Source of the DNA: Candidatus Jordarchaeales archaeon | Lineage (GTDB): Archaea > Asgardarchaeota > Jordiarchaeia > Jordiarchaeales > Freyrarchaeaceae | Length of the DNA: 32,000 nucleotides | Reading direction: 5' to 3' | Assembly (NCBI GenBank): GCA_038889235.1 | Contig: JAWAHN010000001.1 | Span: 1,078,803-1,110,802 of the forward strand | Shown: positions 18,221 to 26,880 of the stretch, in pieces | How the letters are laid out: every line of letters begins with the position of its first letter | Position numbering within the stretch: the stretch's first letter is position 1 | The notes under the pieces: model-generated | The model's input: only the letters and a program-made list of their open reading frames with translations | The model's database searches: none | What the model was told of the DNA's origin: nothing | Position numbers and translations under genes: made by a program

Positions 18221-19246
18221 ATGCGGACTGAAAAAGACAGAGACTTTATAAGGACTAGCGAGAAGTTCTTCTTCTGCGTAGTGGGTTACGAGCACCCACC
18301 AGACAGGGTGCTAGCATATCTCAAGTATATCCCAAGCCCTTTTGGGAAATGGGGGGGCACCACCCGCTTCCACAGGGTTCTCGCAAGGTATGATGCAGCC
18401 TCTGTTTCAGACACGTTTTCAATACTGGAGAAATATCCCAAGTACCTTTTCCACTCCGAAGTGTACGGCATCACGTTCTCGGCGGTTCCTAGAAGCGAGA
18501 TAGTGGAGGAGTATTACCCTGAAGTCAAAGTTGCAAGCTTGATGAACCAGAGCGAGCTTGACCCTCTTCAGTCGAAGGCCATCTCCTTGATAAAGTTGTT
18601 ATCCGAGGAAAGTGGGGTCCCTGTGGAAAAGTTCGGGATCACAGGATCCATACTAATAGATATCCATAACCCTTCGTTCTCAGACATAGATCTAACAGTT
18701 TACGGCAGAGGAAACTCCCTTGCCGTGAAGGAAACCCTTCTAGATTTGAGAGGTAGCGCGATCGTCCCGTTCTCTGGCAGCACAGCTGAGGAGTGGGTTC
18801 GAAAGAAAGAGGGCGTCTTCCAGCTTTCAAAGGCGCAGGCCCGTAAGATATTGGAGCGAAAGTGGAACATAGGTTTCTATGAAGGCACAAGGTTCTCTAT
18901 ACACCCAGTTAAAGACGACGCGGAAATATGCGAAGTCTACGGCGGGAAGTTTTACAAGAGCCTCGGCTTCTGCACTATTGAAGCCACTGTTTCATCATGC
19001 CGCGACGCACTATTTCTCCCATGCCGCTATGAGGTGGAAGATGTTGCCTTCCTGGAGGGAAAACGCGTTGAGAACGTTAGAGAGGTAGTCTCCTATGAGG
19101 GACTTTTCTGCGACATAGCAGGTGAGGGCGAAAGGATAAGGGTGCGCGGCAAACTGGAAAGGGTGGAAGGAGAAAGGGAAGAGTACTATAGGGTGCTAGT
19201 CGGCTCGCAGGAAGCTAAGGCCGGAGACTTCATACACCTCATATAA
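18221..19246 (+). CDS. Predicted nucleotidyltransferase (COG1665-like), paralog 2
   Basis: VVGYEHPPDRVLAYLKY, GITGS...SDID motif and a C-terminal EGLFCDIAGEGE. Confidence 0.8.
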   Translation: MRTEKDRDFIRTSEKFFFCVVGYEHPPDRVLAYLKYIPSPFGKWGGTTRFHRVLARYDAASVSDTFSILEKYPKYLFHSEVYGITFSAVPRSEIVEEYYPEVKVASLMNQSELDPLQSKAISLIKLLSEESGVPVEKFGITGSILIDIHNPSFSDIDLTVYGRGNSLAVKETLLDLRGSAIVPFSGSTAEEWVRKKEGVFQLSKAQARKILERKWNIGFYEGTRFSIHPVKDDAEICEVYGGKFYKSLGFCTIEATVSSCRDALFLPCRYEVEDVAFLEGKRVENVREVVSYEGLFCDIAGEGERIRVRGKLERVEGEREEYYRVLVGSQEAKAGDFIHLI

Positions 19247-19248
19247 AC

Positions 19249-19566
19249 CTACTTTTTCACGACGCCGAGTAGCTTTCGGCCTTCCTCGACAAACGTCTCC
19301 CAGATCCTTTGAGCTTCTTCCGGGTTTTTCGAGGATGTGACCTCTGAAAGCAATTTTAGGAAGGCGCCTATCAACGGGTGCTTTATCAGGCGAAGCTCCT
19401 CAGTCATCACGTTAACATAGCTTACTAGAGCTGAGTCAACCTTGGTCAGCATGCCTGTTACGTCTTTCAAAACTAGTCCGCCATCCTCCATCTTGATATA
19501 AACTACGTCTTCCGCAACTTCCTTCTCGCTGTACCCCTCTTCAACCCTAACCTTAAATTCACACAA
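19249..19566 (-). CDS. CooT-like small protein with a helical C-terminal extension
   Basis: N-terminal MCE, EDVVYI...LKDVTG and a terminal HP resemble CooT nickel-binding proteins. Confidence 0.6.
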   Translation of the reverse strand: MCEFKVRVEEGYSEKEVAEDVVYIKMEDGGLVLKDVTGMLTKVDSALVSYVNVMTEELRLIKHPLIGAFLKLLSEVTSSKNPEEAQRIWETFVEEGRKLLGVVKK

Positions 19567-19680
19567 TCATAAACACCTCCACCAGTTAGGTTTTTGGGAG
19601 CTTGTTAAAAAAGTTTTTAACTTGAACATCCAACCCCATAATAGGACTCCCCTTCTCGTTACAAGTGGATAAGAGGGGGT

Positions 19681-20352
19681 TTGTTGTCTACTAAAGAAAG
19701 CTACCCGTGCACCTTCCACCCTGACTATATGGCGGTCGGGCGCTGCTTCAAGTGTAAACGTCCTTTCTGCAAAGTGTGCCTTGAGCACACCGAGAAGTAC
19801 CCGAGGGAGATTTGCATTGAATGTCTCACGCACAAAGACCTAGCTAGGCGCGGAGACTTGAGACGCATACTCCCACTCTACATAGCAGGACTTTTTGCAG
19901 GCATTGCAATAATAGTTAATGGCCTTCAAAGTCAATACCCGCCAATCCTTCAAATGCTGCTTATGCCCGAGCTATCCCCCATCATCCTCTCCCTATGGTA
20001 TGCCGTAGGGAGAACACCAACAGAGATCGTTTACTTCGCCATCGTGGCAATGAGTAGCTTTGCAGCTTTTACAGCTATTGAATTCAAAAACACGCGCAAC
20101 TTCAGGCGGAAAATGCTGGAACACGGCTTCTGCCCAAGCTGTGGTAAAGTGCTGTTCGGAAACACCGTGTGTCCCAATTGTGGCCAGAAGCTACATGAAA
20201 AACCCCCAGACTACCCAGATATCGAATGGTTAAGAGATTACTTGAGAATGGCGAAGCGAAAAGCGGTGAGCCCCGAGCTTCTTAAAGAGAAGGAAAGAGA
20301 GTTGAGGTCAAAGTATAGAAAGAAGAAGGCAGCAAAAAAGCCCCCCTCATAG
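19681..20352 (+). CDS. Membrane protein with a B-box-like Zn finger, two TM segments and a C-terminal zinc ribbon
   Basis: C-x2-H-x7-C-x2-C-x4-C-x2-C...C-x2-C, two hydrophobic stretches, then CPSCG...CPNCG. Confidence 0.7.
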   Translation: MLSTKESYPCTFHPDYMAVGRCFKCKRPFCKVCLEHTEKYPREICIECLTHKDLARRGDLRRILPLYIAGLFAGIAIIVNGLQSQYPPILQMLLMPELSPIILSLWYAVGRTPTEIVYFAIVAMSSFAAFTAIEFKNTRNFRRKMLEHGFCPSCGKVLFGNTVCPNCGQKLHEKPPDYPDIEWLRDYLRMAKRKAVSPELLKEKERELRSKYRKKKAAKKPPS

Positions 20353-21459
20353 CAAGTTGGCGTCGGGGTTCATTAGAACCTCTGGAGGAGACTTGAAAAA
20401 CGCTAGGCTCGCCACGGCACCCACTATGCCCCTCCTGCCTGTAACCTCGTAAACGCTAACCCCCACCTTCCTGGCGACGTCTTCTGCCTCTTTCACAGCG
20501 ACCTCCTTCTGCCTCACTCTCCTAGCGAAGTATTTCAGCTCGTCGGGAACCGTGAGTCCTCTTAGGACAGCAATTGCCGTGTTGTCAGAGTACGTCTCCT
20601 TTTCCACTACGCTTACAATCCTGTTAATTAGGGTTCCAACGCTGTCTGGGGGCACGGCGACCTCTATAAAGCTCGCCGAGTTTCCCGCGGTCTTAAACCT
20701 CACTTTCGGGTTCAGTACGACGACCTTATGACTTATACCTTCAGCCAATCCCTCAACGCTTTTCAGCAGTGATAGCGCCAGAGCCCAGGTGGCCCCAGAT
20801 TCAGAGTTATCGGTGTCATCTATTCCTATGGTTAGATGTTCAAGGCAATCCGTGACTATGACCCCCCTAACGTATCCCTCCATGGGCTCCACTTTCAGTT
20901 CTCTAACACCTCTGGCATACATCATGGTCTTAGTTAGTGCGTGGGCTGGCCCTCCAACGGCCCTAACGGTCTGAAAAACTCTCCCCTCCCGCACTTCAAC
21001 TTTCTCTACGGCCATAGAAACCCCCGGAGTAACATTTCTCTGCTCTCCCAGAACTGCGAGCTCCCTCAGAAACGTGCCCTCGCACCTCGCCTCCAGTATA
21101 GCTCCACCGGCCTTAGAATGCTTGAAAGCACAAAATGCAACCGCCCCCTCACTGCTACACTCGTGGTATATCTCGACCAAGCTGTTGTTGAAGTCAACGC
21201 TGGTGAATATCCTCTTACACACCTGGTAAGGGAATATCTCCTTCTCGGCGTAAGCATACCTCGCTGGTTTACGTCCAACGCTCCTCTCTACAACTGTAAC
21301 TATTCCCTCGTCCACGAGCCGCCGTATCCAGTCCTGCACTGTGCTTCTAGGCAGCCCGGTCTCTTCAACCACATCCTGCACCGTGAAGCTACCCTTTCTC
21401 AGAGTTAAGTTCTTAACAAGTCTCAGGCAGAGCACCCGTTTCCTCAGGACCTTTGACAC
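20347..21459 (-). CDS. HTH-fused TiaS-N/methanogenesis marker 11-like protein
   Basis: N-terminal HTH (TVQDVVEETGLPRSTVQDWIRRL), IGIDDTD..GATW motif and a GRRGIVGAVA tail. Confidence 0.72.
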   Translation of the reverse strand: MSKVLRKRVLCLRLVKNLTLRKGSFTVQDVVEETGLPRSTVQDWIRRLVDEGIVTVVERSVGRKPARYAYAEKEIFPYQVCKRIFTSVDFNNSLVEIYHECSSEGAVAFCAFKHSKAGGAILEARCEGTFLRELAVLGEQRNVTPGVSMAVEKVEVREGRVFQTVRAVGGPAHALTKTMMYARGVRELKVEPMEGYVRGVIVTDCLEHLTIGIDDTDNSESGATWALALSLLKSVEGLAEGISHKVVVLNPKVRFKTAGNSASFIEVAVPPDSVGTLINRIVSVVEKETYSDNTAIAVLRGLTVPDELKYFARRVRQKEVAVKEAEDVARKVGVSVYEVTGRRGIVGAVASLAFFKSPPEVLMNPDANLL

Positions 21460-21480
21460 CCTGCACTCCCACCTGAGCTC

Positions 21481-22509
21481 CTATTTTGCTCCGACAAGTG
21501 AGAAGACACTCTTCCAGTCTATTTTCCTCTCTCTCTTACACTCCGAATTTAGCGGGCATGAGGGACACACGGTGAAGAAAATGTTTTCTTCGCCCTTCCT
21601 TCTAAGAGCGCAAATATACTTTTCCTTAACTAGCTGGTTAAGCCTGTCTTTAAGCACGTCAGGCCCCCACTTAACGTGGAAACTTATTTCTTCAAACGTC
21701 TGCGGCTTCTTAATGATATACAAATACTCAAGAAGTATGGCGTTCTCTTCACCATAAAACTTTTTGAGCACGTCGAAGACAGTGTAAAACTTCTCTTCTG
21801 GAGCTTCTTCGGCTTTGATGGCTTTTTCCTCCATCTCCCTCTTCATTCGTTCGAGCATCGCCTGAACTTGGGCCGAAACTTCGCTCACCCGTTCTAAGGC
21901 TTTCTTCACGCTTTCCATTTCCCTCTTCTTTTCCTCTCTCTCCTTCAGAACAGCACTCGCTTTTTCCTCAATTTCTACTTCCTCCCTGAAAAGTTGCTCC
22001 AACTCGTCCAAGGCTTTCTCGTCACTTCTTACCTTTTCAGCAACCCTAACCTCCTCATCATACCTAGCTTCGAGCAAGCCCCTCAATTTCCTTAATTGGT
22101 CGTTTTTCGCAGTCAACTCCTCCTCTAGGTCTGAAACGCGTCTCCTAAGCTCCTGAGTCGCCTTACCCAGCACGCCACTATAGTACCTTGCCAGGGTCGT
22201 TTGTGCATCTCCCTCCCCCACCTGTAAGGCTACAACCCCTTCCTCGACGATCAAGTCTCTGAACACTTTTTCTTCAACCTCGCTTTCGACAACAATGCCG
22301 AAAACAAGCACGTTTTCACCTTTACCAACCGATCCAAAAAGAACACGCTCTCCGCCAATGTCAACACCCTCAACCCTTCCCATCCTAAAGTTGTAGCCCG
22401 AGAAGAATGCCGCAAGCTCCTCCTCTGAGAGCTTAGAATCGTGAAGGATAGCCTCCTCCAGAGAAAAGGTACCAGCGGAGTACCGCATTGAGAACACACC
22501 CAAGGGCAC
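21481..22509 (-). CDS. Hypothetical protein: longin-like N-domain, long coiled coil, wHTH and Cys cluster
   Basis: GTG start after GGAGG, E/K-rich heptads in the middle third, TFEEISFHVKWGPDVLKDRLNQLV helix-turn-helix and CPSCPLNSEC. Confidence 0.7.
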   Translation of the reverse strand: MPLGVFSMRYSAGTFSLEEAILHDSKLSEEELAAFFSGYNFRMGRVEGVDIGGERVLFGSVGKGENVLVFGIVVESEVEEKVFRDLIVEEGVVALQVGEGDAQTTLARYYSGVLGKATQELRRRVSDLEEELTAKNDQLRKLRGLLEARYDEEVRVAEKVRSDEKALDELEQLFREEVEIEEKASAVLKEREEKKREMESVKKALERVSEVSAQVQAMLERMKREMEEKAIKAEEAPEEKFYTVFDVLKKFYGEENAILLEYLYIIKKPQTFEEISFHVKWGPDVLKDRLNQLVKEKYICALRRKGEENIFFTVCPSCPLNSECKRERKIDWKSVFSLVGAK

Positions 22510-22609
22510 GTCTCCGCCCCTCCTACAAGTCAAATTATGAAACCTGTGTCGGAAAAGCTTTTCTTTAAAACTCAGCCCCGTTTCATCCTACAATACTTGA
22601 AGGTGTTGG

Positions 22610-23557
22610 CTAGTAGCGTAGCCCCTCGAGCAGGTACACGAATATCGATGCAGCTGTCAAATCCGCGGTGGCTCCTGGGTTTAGCCTGCCACCGCTGCTA
22701 TGCAACTCTTCATCAAGCATCCAACACAGCCTTCTCCCTTCAGGCGTGGATATTCCTCCCGCTTCCAGCACCTCCTTCGCCCTAACGCTAACATACTCTG
22801 CAGCTTTCGCCCCTGCCTTTCTGATTATAAGGGTATCAGGTTTCTCTGAAAGTATCCTCAGAAAAGTGTTCACTGTGGCGATGTTCACATCTCTTTCCTC
22901 CTCGAGGTATTTCTTGAAGCTTGGATATCCCAAGTCGAACACCGTACTCATGCCATTAACCCACTCAGCACTTATGGCGTCCCACCCCGCGCTTATGGCG
23001 AAAATGTCCTTCAGTGAGACTCCTTCTGAAACAATCTTCTCCCTAAAAGCTGGGTCGTTAACGTCGAACTTCTCCACCTCACCCAGCCCACCAGGCTTTA
23101 CTATACGTATTGCTTCGTAAACGTTCACCGCATCCTCCACGGTTGACCCATCGATAACCTTCACGACATTTTTTCTAAGGAGCGTTGAGGAAACCCCACC
23201 TGACAAAGCGAAGCACATTCCTGCAGCGGCAGAGAGGGGAGCGAATAAGAGTATTTCACCCAGGTTAGTGTTACCCCCCTTATGCCATCTAGAAGCGCAC
23301 TTAACCGCTTCGAGTACATAGTAACCCAAACTTATCTCCTTGACATCTATCTCTCCCCTTCCCGCCTTTCTCCCTCTCTCGGCAAGTCTCCCCATTGAAG
23401 GCCCTACCGCTACAGCGCCTGCTAAGAAGTGCTCGAACCGTGTATCGTGCGCGTCACGCAAGCGATGCACGTTACCAGGCTTCGGGTAGCCGCTCACTTC
23501 AAGTAGCATTGCCAGCGTCGCACATTTGGCAACGTATTCCTCAATGCTTTCCTCCAT
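22610..23557 (-). CDS. citG: Triphosphoribosyl-dephospho-CoA synthase (CitG) family protein
   Basis: LEVSGYPKPGNVHR, NTNLGEILL, PDTLIIRKAG and NPGATADL motifs. Confidence 0.87.
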   Translation of the reverse strand: MEESIEEYVAKCATLAMLLEVSGYPKPGNVHRLRDAHDTRFEHFLAGAVAVGPSMGRLAERGRKAGRGEIDVKEISLGYYVLEAVKCASRWHKGGNTNLGEILLFAPLSAAAGMCFALSGGVSSTLLRKNVVKVIDGSTVEDAVNVYEAIRIVKPGGLGEVEKFDVNDPAFREKIVSEGVSLKDIFAISAGWDAISAEWVNGMSTVFDLGYPSFKKYLEEERDVNIATVNTFLRILSEKPDTLIIRKAGAKAAEYVSVRAKEVLEAGGISTPEGRRLCWMLDEELHSSGGRLNPGATADLTAASIFVYLLEGLRY

Positions 23558-23973
23558 AGCTCCACCAGGAACTAAACTGGAATCGAGTGAAAATAAAATC
23601 TTTCGCGCCTATTACCAACAACGTGTTACGCGAAAACGAGGCGCCCAACTACCCGGGTCCACGTTGGTCGTCTGGGTCGAAATGTCACACTACTTGCCAG
23701 CTTCCATGAGAGAGTAATGAAAATGGCTGTTTTAGCTTACGAGTAATGTTATAGTGGAACAATGAGGCGTTGTCTCTAATAGGTTGAGTGACATGTGAAG
23801 TGTAATCGCCGCCTCTTAATGCAGACATTTTCGATTTATGTTAGCATGTGTTTTTTATTCGAAATGTATGGCGGATATGGTTACTCTCGTTTTTTATGTA
23901 AAAAGTTCTTATTTTATTTAATTTTCATTTATACATAACTTGCGTAGAAACGCGTCTGCAGGGTGGTTGGAGT

Positions 23974-24222
23974 ATGGCTCTACTAACTCTTGAAGAAAAA
24001 GGTGGGGTGCACGGTCTCCCCCCCTCAGCCGTAGAGGTGTTGAGCATTTTGAGGAGAGAGGGCCCACTGACTCCCAAAGACCTTTTTGGCAAGACGAGCC
24101 TTGCCCCAAGGACTGTGAGGTACGCTTTAAAGGTTTTACTCGACTCCAAGCTCGTTAAAAAGGTTCCAAACCTACACGACCTCCGCCAAAATCTCTACGT
24201 CGCGCTGGACCGACACCCCTAA
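23974..24222 (+). CDS. Small winged-helix transcription regulator (MarR/TrmB-like)
   Basis: LPPSA...GPLTPKDL...LAPRTVRYAL...DLRQNLY matches a conserved small archaeal wHTH pattern. Confidence 0.78.
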   Translation: MALLTLEEKGGVHGLPPSAVEVLSILRREGPLTPKDLFGKTSLAPRTVRYALKVLLDSKLVKKVPNLHDLRQNLYVALDRHP

Positions 24223-24340
24223 AATGCGAGCTCCAAGTTGTAGCCCGCAGAACACCTCCAGAACACTTCAGTATAACTCACCTGTATAAAGGGGAGGGGC
24301 TTAAAAATGGCTGTGAAACAGTACCTCAGAGGGACAGAGG

Positions 24341-24937
24341 TTGAAGTTCGTGGCGTCACTGGAAGGCGTTCACGGTTGTGGAAAGACCACGGTTTTCAGA
24401 CGCTTGCAGGAAATGAAGGCTGAATGGTTTTTCCTTCCAGAATTCATAGACCCACCTAGGTACCCCTTTGGCTCAAAGGACAAACAAATTGCGTTCAGAG
24501 CAGAGTTGTGGGTCCTTCAACAAATGTTGAAAAGGAGGACACTACTGGAACAAATTAACAGCGGAGTGGTTGTTTGCGACAGGAGCCCCATCTGTGTTGT
24601 GGCCTACGCGTACGCCCTCTGCTCCGACGAAGACTACCAGCTTATAAAGGACATCTACAGATCCGTGAACTGGGGGGAAGACGTAATATTCTACTTCGAG
24701 GAGACTGTTGAAAGCGTGCTTCCGAAAATAAGGATGAGAAAAGATAGGCCAAAAGAGTGGAACGAAGACGACACAGAATACATCGCAAAAATAATCGAGG
24801 GCTACGAAGAAGCCCTTAAACTGGCCAGCTGCCCCGTGCTGCGCATAAAGAACAGTGACGTGGAGAAAATCTCCTCCAAAATAGCAGTGGAAATCGAGAA
24901 AGCCTGCAGCTTCCTAAACACTTACAATTACCTCTAA
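24341..24937 (+). CDS. P-loop nucleoside/nucleotide kinase (thymidylate/deoxynucleoside kinase-like)
   Basis: LEGVHGCGKTT Walker A, VVCDRSPI, and a lid with RMRKDRPKE. Confidence 0.78.
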   Translation: MKFVASLEGVHGCGKTTVFRRLQEMKAEWFFLPEFIDPPRYPFGSKDKQIAFRAELWVLQQMLKRRTLLEQINSGVVVCDRSPICVVAYAYALCSDEDYQLIKDIYRSVNWGEDVIFYFEETVESVLPKIRMRKDRPKEWNEDDTEYIAKIIEGYEEALKLASCPVLRIKNSDVEKISSKIAVEIEKACSFLNTYNYL

Positions 24938-24995
24938 AAATCCCCCCTGAAGGAGATCATACCTTTCATTTTTATAAATAATTATTGTTGTCCCA

Positions 24996-25412
24996 CTAAC
25001 TTGCGGGTTTAAATGTTAAAATGGTTTTTCCGTTTTTCTCTAAGAATTCTGCTTCGACGTCCATACCTATCTGTATTTTTTCTGGTTTCTTTAAGTCGAA
25101 ACCTACTAGGCGTGCTGTTATCCTAGCCCCCTTCTCCAGTTCAACCACCCCGAAGGCGTACGGTTTTTCTCTTCCGTGTCCCTCAGCGATGAGCGGGGTT
25201 GGAGGAACGTGGACGATGGAGAACGTTACCAGTTTTCCTTTTCCCTTGAGCTCAATCCATTCTAAATCTGAGCTGCGGCAGTTCTTGCAGATGGGTCGCG
25301 GCGGTAAATTAATCACGCCACACTTTTTGCACTTTGCAGCCATGATCTTCCTTTTGTTTAGGAATTCCCTAAACTTGCTTACAGTAAACTCCATTGTGCT
25401 CAAAGCGCTCAC
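24996..25412 (-). CDS. DUF35 Zn-ribbon/OB-fold protein, partner of the thiolase
   Basis: CKKCG...PPRPICKNC, G.LVTFSIVH, PYAFGVVELEKG and IGMDVE. Confidence 0.9.
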   Translation of the reverse strand: MSALSTMEFTVSKFREFLNKRKIMAAKCKKCGVINLPPRPICKNCRSSDLEWIELKGKGKLVTFSIVHVPPTPLIAEGHGREKPYAFGVVELEKGARITARLVGFDLKKPEKIQIGMDVEAEFLEKNGKTILTFKPAS

Positions 25413-26662
25413 CTCCTAAAAATGTGCACAGTGCAGCTTGCACCTGAACCGCCGACGTTGTGGGTTAACCCGACCTCAACGCCGGGAACCTGTCTTGCAC
25501 CCGCTTCTCCCCTAAGCTGATGCCATATCTCAACTACTTGCGCCACTCCGGTAGCTCCAACGGGGTGTCCCTTCGCCTTCAATCCCCCTGATGTATTAAT
25601 CGGTTTCTCTCCATTTCTCCTAGTTAGCCCTTCCTCAACTGCTTTTCCTCCTTCTCCTGGTTTGAAGAAACCTAAATCTTCTGTTGCAACTATCTCAGCT
25701 ATTGTAAAGCAGTCGTGTACCTCGGCTATCTCTATGTCCTTCGGCCTTAATCCTGCCATTTTGTAAGCTTTTTCGGCTGCAACCCTAGCCGCTCTTAGCG
25801 AAGTGATTTCTTCTCTATCGTGAAGGGCGAGCGAGTCGCTTCCTTGCCCAGTCCCGACCACGTGTATTGGTGTATCTGTAAACTTTCTTGCCACCTCCTC
25901 CGCTGCTAGTATTACGACTGCGGCTCCGTCGGTGATGGGACTGCAGTCGAAGAGTCTGAGGGGCCATGCTATAACTGGGTTTGCATCTGGATCACTTAGA
26001 AAGTCCATTTCATCCTTCCAGCTTGGAGCAGGGAGCCCCTTAGCTTTTGCCCGCTCAGCTCTAGCTTTCATTATGTCCCTTATTGTTGACTGGAATTGCG
26101 CCTTAGGATTCAGGGCCCCATTCTCGTGGTTTTTGATTCCAACCATTCTCAGTTGCTCAATTGTCGTTCCATATTTCCTCATGTGCGCGTTCGCTATTTC
26201 AGCATACAAACCTGGAAAAGTGGCTCCTGCGGAAAACTCATACACTGAATCAGCGGCTGAGGCTAACACGTCTGTTACCCTCGATGTTTCGAGGTTGGTC
26301 ATCTTTTCAACTCCCGCAACGCAGACTACGTCGTGCGCCCCGGAAGCCACTGCCAGTATTCCGAGCCTCAGGGCGGCACCACCGCTAGCGCAAGCATTCT
26401 CTACTCTCATAGCCGGGCCGGGAGTAATGCCGACTAGGTCAGCCATTAGGGGGCCGGTGTGCACCTGCCCTTCAAATATGTCGTTTGAAAAATTCCCCAG
26501 GAATAGCGCCTCTATCTCGCGTGTTTCTATCCCCTTATCCACGCTCTTGACCGCCTCGACGAAAGCCTCCACGAAAAGCTCCCTAGTTGTCTTGTCGGGA
26601 AAAGCTCCGAACTTACTCATTCCGGCACCAATTACTGCCACACCTCGCGCCAACTTCCCCAA
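25409..26662 (-). CDS. Archaeal thiolase (acetyl-CoA acyltransferase, SCP2-type)
   Basis: ENACASG catalytic Cys, CSPITDGAAV, EVHDCF and SGGLKAKGHPVGATG. Start reassigned to TTG 26662 after GGAGGTG. Confidence 0.92.
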   Translation of the reverse strand: MGKLARGVAVIGAGMSKFGAFPDKTTRELFVEAFVEAVKSVDKGIETREIEALFLGNFSNDIFEGQVHTGPLMADLVGITPGPAMRVENACASGGAALRLGILAVASGAHDVVCVAGVEKMTNLETSRVTDVLASAADSVYEFSAGATFPGLYAEIANAHMRKYGTTIEQLRMVGIKNHENGALNPKAQFQSTIRDIMKARAERAKAKGLPAPSWKDEMDFLSDPDANPVIAWPLRLFDCSPITDGAAVVILAAEEVARKFTDTPIHVVGTGQGSDSLALHDREEITSLRAARVAAEKAYKMAGLRPKDIEIAEVHDCFTIAEIVATEDLGFFKPGEGGKAVEEGLTRRNGEKPINTSGGLKAKGHPVGATGVAQVVEIWHQLRGEAGARQVPGVEVGLTHNVGGSGASCTVHIFRR

Positions 26663-26840
26663 TGGGGGAACACCTCCCCGCAAACGCCTACCATGGCTTT
26701 TTTTATTAACGACGCTTGCTCAAGTTACCGTTTATCTTTACAGCAGCCGAATACGAGCCGTTTGAACACTCAACCCCCTTCTATATAAATTTTCTAGCCA
26801 GCAATAGTTTGCTTGAACCTCAAGGGGGTAACAGTCAAAA

Positions 26841-26857
26841 GGGAAAAGCTTTATATT
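26841..26857 (+). promoter_or_regulatory. BRE/TATA promoter of the permuted 5S rRNA precursor
   Basis: GGGAAAAGC-TTTATATT ending 24 nt before the 5' arm at 26881. Confidence 0.75.
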
Positions 26858-26880
26858 CGCTTTTTTGGTTGATAATTCCT

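Noticed and set aside
23558-23973. About 410-nt intergenic region as a possible ncRNA or CRISPR leader
   Set aside because: I found no repeats, C/D boxes or convincing stems. It is AT-rich near the divergent gene starts and most simply holds promoters.
24940-26700. Thiolase/DUF35 pair as a horizontally acquired low-GC island
   Set aside because: By eye the composition is only slightly more AT-rich and there are no mobility signatures. A codon-usage computation would be needed.
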